A DNA stretch of 64,000 bases from Leptospiraceae bacterium. GTDB taxonomy: Bacteria > Spirochaetota > Leptospiria > Leptospirales > Leptonemataceae. A model generated the notes under the pieces. The model ran no database searches and had not been told where the DNA came from. It saw only the letters and a list, made by a program, of their open reading frames with translations. The position numbers and the translations under genes were made by a program. Where the stretch lies: NCBI GenBank assembly GCA_040217195.1, contig JAVJNR010000007.1, positions 72,424-136,423 on the forward strand, written 5' to 3'. Shown here piece by piece: positions 20,108 through 28,981 of this stretch (positions are counted from its first letter, which is position 1; the number at the start of each line of letters is the position of its first letter).

Positions 20108-20560
20108 ATGTCGGTTCAGGAAAAGAAAATATTGTCCAGCATCCCATTAAAAAGGTTGCCCTATTCCATTCAACAAAAGGTGTCCTGGTCTGACCTGGAT
20201 GCATTTGCCCATGTGAATCATACCAAATATCCAGTGTATTTCGAAAATGCTCGTACAGAATTCTTCAGTGAAAGGGATGTCTGGAACACTCAGCAGATCG
20301 CGCCTACCGGTCCTGTGGTTCATGAATTGGCGGTACAGTTTCGAAGCCAGGTTCGTTTTCCGGCCACTCTTGAGGTCACCATAGGAATCAGCAAACTGGG
20401 AAGCCGAAAGTTTGAAATGATATGCACAATGTGGAATGAAAACGATTGCGTCTGCACAGCCCATGGAGAATTTCTGTGGATTCATTTCGAAAGAGGAATT
20501 CCAGTGCGGCTGCCGGCCCGGCTAATTGATGCTCTGAAACCCTTCGCTGTGGATTTTTAA
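20108..20560 (+). CDS. Acyl-CoA thioesterase (4HBT/YbgC family)
   Basis: DLDAFAHVNHTKY..YFENAR hot-dog motif. Confidence 0.88.
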   Translation: MSVQEKKILSSIPLKRLPYSIQQKVSWSDLDAFAHVNHTKYPVYFENARTEFFSERDVWNTQQIAPTGPVVHELAVQFRSQVRFPATLEVTIGISKLGSRKFEMICTMWNENDCVCTAHGEFLWIHFERGIPVRLPARLIDALKPFAVDF

Positions 20561-20586
20561 TTCCAGGCCTTTTTCCAGGAAGACTC

Positions 20587-21984
20587 ATGCACCATTACAA
20601 AGTTCTAATTCATTATCGATTTCGCAGCGTACTGTTTGTAGGTCTCTGTTTGATTCAGACAGCAGGATGCGATGTATGGGGCGGGCCATCCTACACAGTA
20701 ATCGTAGATCCGGGCCATGGCGGGGCTCCAACAGCGGGCTACGATGACAAATGGGATCCAGTAACTGAGAAATATCTAAGCCCCTATCTGTACGGAATGC
20801 GGTACGGCAAATACGAAGAGCATAAAGTGATGCTGGACCTGGCCCGCAGGGTTCATTACTATCTTCAACTAACGGAAAGCGAAAAAGGCTGGGAGGAGTT
20901 TCAGGGAATTCTCAGACAGTTTTCCGACCAGAAAGAGTTCACGAGAGTGCGATTCCAATCCGTGATGAGCCGCGAAGAAGGCTGGGAAAAACAGGGTCTG
21001 GGAGCAGGACATCCGGATGTGAATGAACCATTCAGGCTCTATGATTTTCCGGATCGAAAAGTCAAAAGCAAAATCATTCCCGGCCGTTTATCGTACATCA
21101 ATTCTCAGAAACCCTATCTGGTGGTTTCTTTACATATGAATCCGGCCGGACCCGGTAATGAAGGCGGCATGGCTGCCGTTCTGGCTCCGGGCTACAGTAC
21201 ATTTGATCAGCTTCGCAGGATTCATTTGAATAACGAAGATGAGGCACGGTTCGAAGCTCTTCCCTGGTCTGACTACTGGCTCATCAACCAGGCTGGATGG
21301 AATCGAATGGAAATTGCCATCGCAGATACCTGGGTCTATTTCCATGGCTTCTGGGTTAAGAAGAATATGAAAGAACCATGGATGGAAAAGAATCGCGGCT
21401 TACGCCATAACATGATTCAGTGGAGATACAGAGATCCAAAAGGATGGGTGGAGAAAGCCAGAAAAGGCGGCCCGGGACCTTATTCAATGAAATATTCCCA
21501 GTTTCGCGCAGAAGGGCCTTTCTGGGATAGAGAAAAAGCGATGCCAGAACACTGGAGAAGAGAAGCCACTGTGCCTGGAACCTCCATAAAATTCGGAGGG
21601 GACAATCACTACGCTTCGAATGAATTGATGCGATTCGTACAGTTTGGTTCCAGAAAGTTGGATGATCGTCTTAACCGGGAAGGGAAAAAGGCCATTCCAG
21701 AAATCGTAGATCCATTTGTGAGTACATACAGCCTTCCCACTCTGGTGAATGCAATCGTTGCCTACCTGGAAATCGGGCATCTGGACGTTAAGAAGGACCG
21801 TCTCTTTATTTTAAACAATAAAGATATAATCGCTCGAAGTCTGGCCGTAGGAGTCTATTCCCTGTTCGCAGGTCTGGAACTCAAGCCTTACGATGGACCA
21901 TTCAAACCGGCCAGCAAGCCATTGAACTTCAAGAAATACGAAGAATACGAAAAAGGGAACTATTTCAAACTGGTAACCGAGTAA
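20587..21984 (+). CDS. N-acetylmuramoyl-L-alanine amidase (Amidase_3) with large insertions, probable lipoprotein
   Basis: VIVDPGHGG, E, SLHMN, LEIGHL zinc/catalytic motifs; AGC lipobox-like. Confidence 0.8.
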   Translation: MHHYKVLIHYRFRSVLFVGLCLIQTAGCDVWGGPSYTVIVDPGHGGAPTAGYDDKWDPVTEKYLSPYLYGMRYGKYEEHKVMLDLARRVHYYLQLTESEKGWEEFQGILRQFSDQKEFTRVRFQSVMSREEGWEKQGLGAGHPDVNEPFRLYDFPDRKVKSKIIPGRLSYINSQKPYLVVSLHMNPAGPGNEGGMAAVLAPGYSTFDQLRRIHLNNEDEARFEALPWSDYWLINQAGWNRMEIAIADTWVYFHGFWVKKNMKEPWMEKNRGLRHNMIQWRYRDPKGWVEKARKGGPGPYSMKYSQFRAEGPFWDREKAMPEHWRREATVPGTSIKFGGDNHYASNELMRFVQFGSRKLDDRLNREGKKAIPEIVDPFVSTYSLPTLVNAIVAYLEIGHLDVKKDRLFILNNKDIIARSLAVGVYSLFAGLELKPYDGPFKPASKPLNFKKYEEYEKGNYFKLVTE

Positions 21985-22148
21985 AGGGAATGCCCGGATT
22001 TGCTTTACCCTGGATTGCAGTCTACGAAGTGCATTTTGATTGAAAGCGGCAACCTTTCAGGATTGGAATACAAATATTGTAGCCCGGGGCCCTTCAGGTT
22101 ATTTCAATTCTTTATCGAAGGCCCGAGGTTCGATCTGGAATTATACCT

Positions 22149-22601
22149 ATGAAAGAATTGGTACGCGGAACCTTTCATCTCCGGGCCCTGATCGATTTCA
22201 CCTGGGCTATGCCTCAGACTTTGCTGGGTCTGCTATATTCAATTGCTTCGCTTCTGGCCGGAGCTTCCGCTCATGGAATCCCCGGTCATTGCTGTATTAT
22301 TTCGAACAACCCATTAATGCCTTCTTACACCGGTGTATCCCTGGGACCCTTTCTTCTGGGTGGTCCGGGCTTTAATTCCTGGCCGCATGAGTACGGGCAT
22401 ACCTATCAAAGTCGCATCCTGGGACCTCTGTACCTGATCGTAATTGGAATTCCAAGTATACTCAGCGCATCTTTGCGGCCGGGCAAACATGGCCAGCTTT
22501 ATACAGAGCGATGGGCCAATTCCATGTTACCGGAGGGGAGTCTGGCTCATCAAATGGAAAGCCTGGCCAGAAAAACTGGACAACCATCAAAAACGGTCTG
22601 A
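22149..22601 (+). CDS. Hypothetical membrane protein with HExxH motif
   Basis: PQTLLG, GVSLG, HEYGHTYQS..LGPLY, E.WAN. Confidence 0.7.
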   Translation: MKELVRGTFHLRALIDFTWAMPQTLLGLLYSIASLLAGASAHGIPGHCCIISNNPLMPSYTGVSLGPFLLGGPGFNSWPHEYGHTYQSRILGPLYLIVIGIPSILSASLRPGKHGQLYTERWANSMLPEGSLAHQMESLARKTGQPSKTV

Positions 22602-22619
22602 ACTACAGAAAGTCGCTTG

Positions 22620-22644
22620 CAGCCCGGAATTTTTTACCGGGCTG
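22620..22644. terminator. Hairpin between convergent genes
   Basis: CAGCCCGG-N9-CCGGGCTG perfect 8-bp stem. Confidence 0.45.
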
Positions 22645-22760
22645 GTAAAGCCAGGGCAACAGCGTATCTAACGCCCCTGGTCGGATTTACAACTTCAGCG
22701 GCAGGCCATCCAGACAGTAGCTCAACCAGCTAGAGAGAGCATCAGCCGCAAAGAGCAAAT

Positions 22761-23168
22761 CTATTCGTAGATGATCTCGTAGGTGAGGTCCGCAGTCTTT
22801 TTTACCATTGCAGAAACTCCGCAATACTGTTCCTGGGAAAGCTTCACTGCTCGTTCAATCTTTTCTGGATCTGCACCCTTGCTGAATATGTACTTCATCT
22901 TGATGGTCTTGAATACCTTGGGATGTTCATCGGTCTGATCCGCTTCTACCTCGATTCGCATGGAATCCACGTCGATTCGCATCTTTCTTAGAATTCCAAC
23001 GATATCCATGGCGGTGCAACCGGCCAGGCCTGATAGTACCGCCTCTTTAGGAGTCTGGGCACTATCATCCCCGCCGGACGTCTCATAAGTATCCATTTCC
23101 ATGGTATGGCCCCGGTCATTGGTGGCCTCCATTTTCATTTTTCCTTTGTAATCCAGGGTTACTTGCAT
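22761..23168 (-). CDS. OsmC/YhfA family protein
   Basis: P.E..L.GLAGCT..D and LS..QYC.VS. Confidence 0.9.
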   Translation of the reverse strand: MQVTLDYKGKMKMEATNDRGHTMEMDTYETSGGDDSAQTPKEAVLSGLAGCTAMDIVGILRKMRIDVDSMRIEVEADQTDEHPKVFKTIKMKYIFSKGADPEKIERAVKLSQEQYCGVSAMVKKTADLTYEIIYE

Positions 23169-23502
23169 GGCCCGAGAATCTTTCCCGGCATTCTGCGGTC
23201 AACAGCCATCGAATGCGTCCTCAACCTCCAGCGGGCGGATTTCAGGCACGATTTGCGCTCAATCAGAATGCCAGAGCATGCAACTGAATGTCCGATTAAT
23301 ACAATCCAGGCTAGCTTCCGATTCCCCAAGTAACGGATGTACCACTGATTTGTTTCCGGATCCGGCTTCTATGCGAAGTATTTCGTTTTTTTCCAGTATC
23401 GAAGCGAATGCCACTTAAACCGGTTGACATATAGAAAAATCAGGATTAAATCCTCCCACCCGATTGAAGGCTTTCGAGCTTTTGAAACCCTGGAGGAAAA
23501 GA

Positions 23503-24174
23503 ATGAACAAAGCAGGAATCGCATTAACGATTCTACTGGCTGGCCTGCTGGCAGCCTGTGGCCTAAAATCTGAAGGCACAAAATTGACTCCCATTGTAGA
23601 AGGCGAAGACGCGGCCGTGGGAAAAGAATTCGCCTTAACTCTTGAACATAAGAATGTTTTTTACACATCCGGAGATCGAGTGTATCTCTGGGGCGAAGAT
23701 GACGATGGAAATCGAATTAGCATCTATTTTACGCCGGAGCAAAAACCCAAAATCTATAACCTGGATCCAGGTAGCGAATATATCTACAAATTCAAGGTGA
23801 CCAAAGGTGGAAAGTACTCCGATGCAGATTTGATCGAAGTAGCTGATCTGGAAGGCAGCACCATAAGCGATACAATCGATGTTCCGGACACTTCAATGAG
23901 AGTTCCTTTTTTAGATGGCACAGATGGATTTGGAAAGGAATACACGGTAAAGGCAAAGTATAGAAGCAATACGGAAAAGGACGATGGAACTCGCATCGCC
24001 TATTTTAGCGATCCGGATGGATACCAGTTCTCTCTGGTAGGCTCCTATCCGGAAGAAATGCATGAGCAAATTGATGCACTGGAAAGAAAAGAGTACCTGG
24101 TAAAGATAAAGCGGGCCAGCGAGTTGCGCGGTGGTCTGCAAGGTGAGATCCTGGAAGTAAAACCGGTAGAATAA
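23503..24174 (+). CDS. Hypothetical lipoprotein with two similar beta-rich domains
   Basis: GGAGG SD, lipobox LAA-C; internal duplication. Confidence 0.75.
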   Translation: MNKAGIALTILLAGLLAACGLKSEGTKLTPIVEGEDAAVGKEFALTLEHKNVFYTSGDRVYLWGEDDDGNRISIYFTPEQKPKIYNLDPGSEYIYKFKVTKGGKYSDADLIEVADLEGSTISDTIDVPDTSMRVPFLDGTDGFGKEYTVKAKYRSNTEKDDGTRIAYFSDPDGYQFSLVGSYPEEMHEQIDALERKEYLVKIKRASELRGGLQGEILEVKPVE

Positions 24175-24189
24175 AGCATCTGAACCGGA

Positions 24190-24218
24190 GCCGCCGGTTC
24201 GCCGGCGGCGTCTTTTTT
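24190..24218 (+). terminator. Rho-independent terminator
   Basis: GCCGCCGG-TTCG-CCGGCGGC followed by T-tract. Confidence 0.85.
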
Positions 24219-24372
24219 CTGAGGGTAACTCTTGAATCCCCGGATTCAGAATACCGTAAGCCTCCCTGCGCCAGGCATTCCCAAAACTTTTCTGCTCCTA
24301 TCTATTGGTCATTGGTCCGGCGATTTTGCTTTCATACTATTGAACGGGTGAATCTAAAAGTGGCCCCTTTCT

Positions 24373-25143
24373 TCAAACCTTTTCGTTCTTCCAGACCCAG
24401 TTTACAGAAGGCTCTTCTTCCAGTGCAGGGCGAGCCAGAAGATACCCCTGCAGTAGATCCACACCGGCATCTTGAAGAAATTTCGCTTCTTCCGCTTCTT
24501 CGATGCCTTCCGCCACAAGTAATAGATTAAGGTCGGCGGCCAGGGAAATTAAGTTCTTTAGGATCATTTGTTTGGGATTGAAGTTATGAATTCCTGAAAC
24601 CAGAGTACGATCCAGTTTCACGATGTCTGGCTGGAATTGAGTGAGAAGTCGCAGATCAGAGTACCCGGCCCCAAAATCGTCCAGGGCCGTCTTAAATCCC
24701 TGGCTTCTATATTCTTTCAGGATCCCAAGTAGATGATCTGGATCGGATATTTGCTCCTGTTCGCTAAATTCAAAAATTAGCCTTCGGGTATCAAAACCGA
24801 ATCGAGCTGATGCCTCCAGGGTGGCCTGTATACATGTTTCGGGTTTATAGACTGCATTCGGAAGGAAGTTGATACTCAGATCTCCCTGGATGCCAATCCT
24901 GGAAGCTGTTTCAATGGCTTTAACCCGGGCCGTTTGATCGAACCGGTACATGTTCTCTGGGTTCACCTGATTCAGAACAAAGGCGGCTCCTTCGCCATTC
25001 GGGCCACGACACAGAGCTTCCTGAGCATAGACTTTTTGCTGACCGATGCTGACGATGGGCTGAAAGGCCATCCGAAATTCAAAAGGCAGATCAGCTCCGT
25101 CAAGGCAGGCCTGGCATTTTATGGGCTGAAAATTCTCTATCAT
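24373..25143 (-). CDS. Stand-alone EAL c-di-GMP phosphodiesterase
   Basis: FQPIV, EALCR, SIN, DDFGAGYS, KLD, AEGIE, QGY. Confidence 0.92.
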   Translation of the reverse strand: MIENFQPIKCQACLDGADLPFEFRMAFQPIVSIGQQKVYAQEALCRGPNGEGAAFVLNQVNPENMYRFDQTARVKAIETASRIGIQGDLSINFLPNAVYKPETCIQATLEASARFGFDTRRLIFEFSEQEQISDPDHLLGILKEYRSQGFKTALDDFGAGYSDLRLLTQFQPDIVKLDRTLVSGIHNFNPKQMILKNLISLAADLNLLLVAEGIEEAEEAKFLQDAGVDLLQGYLLARPALEEEPSVNWVWKNEKV

Positions 25144-25228
25144 TTTTGGTTTTCGAGTCTTTAGGAGCCTGGTGGCTCGCAGACAATAGAAGACAGGGTT
25201 GATGGCTCAGCTACATATTTTTTGAAGC

Positions 25229-25262
25229 CATTAACAATTCATTAACCATTACATGCTAATCT
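25229..25262 (+). promoter_or_regulatory. Putative OmpR-family binding direct repeat plus extended -10
   Basis: CATTAAC at 25229 and 25240 (11-bp period); TGcTAATCT at 25254-25262. Confidence 0.5.
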
Positions 25263-25290
25263 TATCCTATCTCAATACAAGGAGCCAAGG

Positions 25291-25746
25291 ATGAAGAGAT
25301 TTTTCAAGAAAAGAAGGTTCATGGGTCTAATGGCCGGACTGCTTACCCTGGGACTGGTGGGAGCCTGCGGTCGACCACACTGGCATGACAAAAAGGACCC
25401 GGCAGAAATGGCTGAGAAGATAGCCGACCGAGTGGCAGACAAACTGGATCTGAGTGAAAAGCAGGAATCGGAAACCAGGCAGCTTGCTCTGGAAATTCTG
25501 GAATCCGGCAAGGACCTCCGAAGCCATCGGCAACAGATGCTGGAGGAACTGGAAAAGCAATTCTCCAGCGAACAGTTCAATCCAGATTCGTTGAATCAAA
25601 TGTCCGAAAAGTCCGAAGCGGAATTCAAGAAATTTCGTACAACCCTGGTACAGAACATGGGCCGTTTCCATGCACTTCTGACTCCAGAACAAAAGAAGGA
25701 AGCGACCGAACGGATTTCAGAAATCCGGGAGCGATTCCATCGTTAG
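25291..25746 (+). CDS. Spy/CpxP-family periplasmic chaperone, lipoprotein
   Basis: Lipobox VGA-C; LDLSEKQ and LLTPEQ (LTxxQ) motifs. Confidence 0.85.
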   Translation: MKRFFKKRRFMGLMAGLLTLGLVGACGRPHWHDKKDPAEMAEKIADRVADKLDLSEKQESETRQLALEILESGKDLRSHRQQMLEELEKQFSSEQFNPDSLNQMSEKSEAEFKKFRTTLVQNMGRFHALLTPEQKKEATERISEIRERFHR

Positions 25747-25755
25747 GAAAAATGC

Positions 25756-25779
25756 TGTACCCGGCCTCGGCCGGGTACA
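25756..25779 (+). terminator. Intra-operon hairpin after spy-like gene
   Basis: TGTACCCGGC-CTCG-GCCGGGTACA perfect 10-bp stem; weak U-tract. Confidence 0.55.
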
Positions 25780-25792
25780 TACTTATTAAACA

Positions 25793-26503
25793 ATGAGCGG
25801 ATCCAGGCGCAATGTCCTTCTGGTGGAGGATGATCGCAAAATCACAGAGCTGTTAACCGAGTATCTTTCCGGTTTTGACTTCCAGGTAATTTCCACAGCA
25901 TCTCCCAGTCAGGCAAGGAAGCATCTCGCCAGCGGAAAGATGCATATTATGATTCTGGATGTAATGCTTCCCCAGGAGGATGGATTTTCCCTTCTGAGAG
26001 ATGTAAGACCCGGGCTAGATATTCCGGTGATCATGCTCACAGCCAGAGGAGACCTTACGGATCGAGTTGTGGGCCTGGAGCTGGGCGCTGATGACTACAT
26101 GTCCAAACCGTTTGAGCCCAGGGAATTGATCGCACGAATGAGGGCCCTTTTGCGAAGAAGCGAAGCCAGAAGCAAGGATCCCTCGGACACTTTAAAGTAT
26201 CTGGCAGGTAGCCTGGAGCTAAACACACAGAGCCGCTCTGTAATTCTAGATGGAAAAGAGTTACCGTTTACGACCATGGAGTTCGATATCCTGGAGTGTT
26301 TAATGGCTAACCGCGGCATTGTACTTTCCAGAGATCGACTGACCGAAATGATCCACGGCGAAGAGTTCGAGCCTTTTAATCGAACCATAGACATTCTAAT
26401 AAGCAGGATTCGAAATAAGCTAAAAGATAGTCCGGATAAGCCAAAATACATTCGCACAGTTAGAGGAGCAGGATATCTGTTTCTGGTAAACAGAAAAGAC
26501 TAG
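25793..26503 (+). CDS. OmpR-family response regulator (CpxR-like)
   Basis: REC plus winged helix (RTIDILISRIRNKL, IRTVRGAGY). Confidence 0.93.
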   Translation: MSGSRRNVLLVEDDRKITELLTEYLSGFDFQVISTASPSQARKHLASGKMHIMILDVMLPQEDGFSLLRDVRPGLDIPVIMLTARGDLTDRVVGLELGADDYMSKPFEPRELIARMRALLRRSEARSKDPSDTLKYLAGSLELNTQSRSVILDGKELPFTTMEFDILECLMANRGIVLSRDRLTEMIHGEEFEPFNRTIDILISRIRNKLKDSPDKPKYIRTVRGAGYLFLVNRKD

Positions 26504-26510
26504 AGAAACT

Positions 26511-27917
26511 ATGAAACAGGAGTTGAACACGCTAACTGGACGCTGGATCCATTCCAGAAACAGGCATTCCATATTCCTTAAATTAATTGGAATATTTCTA
26601 CTGGCCGGCCTGCTGCTGAATCTACTGGGGTTTGCATTCTTTCGTCTGGGCAAAGCATGGCAGGAAGAAAATCAACTGGAAAACACGGTGCTATATCTAC
26701 TGGAATCTACCATTGTGCGAATGGGAGAACCTCCCACTGTGGACGAAGCTCAAAACTTACTGCGATCCCATGGGCTGGCACTGGCATTCTCCACCGATGA
26801 AAATGCGATACGACCCTCACCATCAAGCCCGGGTATGCGAGACCTGGACGGCCAGCCATCCGCCACGGTAGAAAAGGAATTCAACTTGCTTCCATTTGAC
26901 ATTGAGTTCGACGAGGATTTCTTTTCTGACTCGGGAAACGAGCTGGACATTCATCGAGGAAAATTGATGGCGCGTATCCATCGAGCGGAAGGTACCTACT
27001 GGATTCAGTACTCTCTGGGTGAAATGGACCATGGTGCCTGGGGAATCTTAGGATTCTTGATCAGCCTCTCCACAGTAATGCTCCTTACCTACTACCTGAT
27101 GCGAAAAACACTGAAACCTTTAAAGCATCTAATGACTGGAGTGCAGGAAACATCCAGGGGAAACCTGGATTATCGCATTGAAGTGCATCGAAAAGATGAG
27201 CTGGGCAAGCTGGCCTCTGTCTATAACGAAATGCAAGAAAAGATTCAGTCCATGCTGGAATCCAGACGTCAGCTCCTGCTGGATGTGAGCCATGAGATTC
27301 GTACACCGCTGACTCGTATGAAACTTTCTCTGGAATTCATTCCTTCATCGAACCGTACTGCAGCCCTGAAAGAAGAAATTGAACTTCTGGATACAATGTT
27401 AACGGAAGTCCTGGAGAACGAACGACTGAGTAGTCTACATGGCGCTCTTCAAAAGGAAAATTTAAATCTGGCAAGTACATTGAAAAAGAACATTCAAAGA
27501 TTCCAGGCAGCCGGGTTTCCAATTCAACAGCAGCTTCCGGATCTACGGCTGAATCATGATCCTGCGCGCCTGGGCATTGCTATCCAGAATCTGCTGGAAA
27601 ATGCAATTCGACATACGGATCCAGAGGACCGAAAAATTTCCATTACTCTTATCCCGGAAGGTTCAGGGGCCCGAATTTTGGTGCAGGACAATGGAGGGGG
27701 AATTCCAGACTCAGAAAGAAATAGCATATTCGAACCATTTTACAGGCGACCATCCAGTTCCCGGGGGTTTGGCCTGGGCCTCAGTCTGGTGCATCGAATT
27801 ATTGAATCCCATGAAGGGACCATCGAGCTGGATTCGAGCGGTTCAGCGGGCACCACATTCATCATCTGGCTCCCGGGCACTGATTCCAGGGGCCAAAAAC
27901 CCGGCACTGAGAGTTAA
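26511..27917 (+). CDS. HAMP-domain sensor histidine kinase (CpxA-like)
   Basis: 2 TMs, HAMP, SHEIRTPL H-box, NLLENA, DNGGG, GFGLGL. Confidence 0.92.
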   Translation: MKQELNTLTGRWIHSRNRHSIFLKLIGIFLLAGLLLNLLGFAFFRLGKAWQEENQLENTVLYLLESTIVRMGEPPTVDEAQNLLRSHGLALAFSTDENAIRPSPSSPGMRDLDGQPSATVEKEFNLLPFDIEFDEDFFSDSGNELDIHRGKLMARIHRAEGTYWIQYSLGEMDHGAWGILGFLISLSTVMLLTYYLMRKTLKPLKHLMTGVQETSRGNLDYRIEVHRKDELGKLASVYNEMQEKIQSMLESRRQLLLDVSHEIRTPLTRMKLSLEFIPSSNRTAALKEEIELLDTMLTEVLENERLSSLHGALQKENLNLASTLKKNIQRFQAAGFPIQQQLPDLRLNHDPARLGIAIQNLLENAIRHTDPEDRKISITLIPEGSGARILVQDNGGGIPDSERNSIFEPFYRRPSSSRGFGLGLSLVHRIIESHEGTIELDSSGSAGTTFIIWLPGTDSRGQKPGTES

Positions 27918-27946
27918 GGACGGAAATCTGAAATTTAAGGCCGCAA

Positions 27947-27970
27947 AGCCGGAGCCGGAGCCGGAGCCGG
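27947..27970. repeat. (AGCCGG)x4 short tandem repeat
   Basis: Read directly; intergenic between convergent genes. Confidence 0.85.
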
Positions 27971-28021
27971 CAGAAGCCTGAATGAGTTACAGGTACTGAA
28001 AAAGCCCCTGGATCAGCCTCC

Positions 28022-28903
28022 CTACTTATAGGTACGAAGAACCTCTTTGACTCCACTCACATAGCTGGCACCAAAAATATTTACATGAACCAGTAGCGGA
28101 TACAGCTGGAAGAAAGGTACCCTTTCTCCAGCGCCAGGAGGAAGGCCCAGCATTTCAAAGGTCTCTTTGCCCATATCAAAAGGAGCACCGAATAGTTGAA
28201 GCATGGCCAGATCCTGTTCCGGATGGGAACAGGCCACCGATGGATCGATAAAATAGGTCTGACCTTCGGAAGAAACAATTACATTTCCAGACCATAGATC
28301 GCCATGTACCAGTCTGGGGCCCAGTTCATCCAGCTTCCAGGATTCGCTCAATTTGAAGACCAGGTTCTCCATGGTTTTTCGATCGGAAGTCTTTAAGAAG
28401 CCCTTTTGAATGGCAAGAACGGCCTGAGGTAGAATACGATCCTGCCACCAGAAATCGGCAAAGCTGTTATGCCAGGCATTGGGCTGCTCCAGATTTCCTA
28501 TGAAGTTACCTTCTTTCCAGCCGTAGGAAGTCTGTCTCTCTCCATAAAGAGCCCGGAGGTTCGCTTCAAAGGTTGCCTGACCGGCTCGCTTGGATCCTGT
28601 TTCCACAAAATCCATGATTAGAAAGCTTCGCCCTCTTGATTCAATCAATCCATGGGTTTTAGGAACAGCACAACCGGTTTGACCCAGAGCTCGAAGACCA
28701 TCCGCTTCCAGTTCTCCCATCTTAGCAGAGTCCACCTGCTTAACAATGTAACTACGATAGGTTTTCTTATCTCGACGAATGTCCGCTCTAAAAAGCGTAA
28801 ATAATCCCTGAGACTGATGACGAATCAGAATTTCATCTTTGGCATCCACCAGCTTCTTTTCCAGAAGCTCTTGCTTGATTAATGTGTCTTCGGCCACAAC
28901 CAT
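28022..28903 (-). CDS. Fructosamine/ketosamine-3-kinase family protein
   Basis: EADGL, NFIG..Q.N, HGDLWSGN, FIDP, E.DLAM..LFG, YPLLVH.N.FG. Confidence 0.9.
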   Translation of the reverse strand: MVVAEDTLIKQELLEKKLVDAKDEILIRHQSQGLFTLFRADIRRDKKTYRSYIVKQVDSAKMGELEADGLRALGQTGCAVPKTHGLIESRGRSFLIMDFVETGSKRAGQATFEANLRALYGERQTSYGWKEGNFIGNLEQPNAWHNSFADFWWQDRILPQAVLAIQKGFLKTSDRKTMENLVFKLSESWKLDELGPRLVHGDLWSGNVIVSSEGQTYFIDPSVACSHPEQDLAMLQLFGAPFDMGKETFEMLGLPPGAGERVPFFQLYPLLVHVNIFGASYVSGVKEVLRTYK

Positions 28904-28981
28904 GTACTGTACGCGAAGATAATGCAGAAGGCCGCACTGACAACCGTTTTCGTTTGCTCAAGGTTGCTGCAGAATAGATTC

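Noticed and set aside
23245..23259. Sigma54-like GG-N10-GC (AGGCACGATTTGCGC)
   Set aside because: Lacks both TGGC and TTGC context; far from any start codon
27947..27970. (AGCCGG)4 as coding PEPEPEP or a phase-variation tract
   Set aside because: Intergenic between convergent stops; the ORF through it (27556-27981) is an off-frame shadow of the kinase gene
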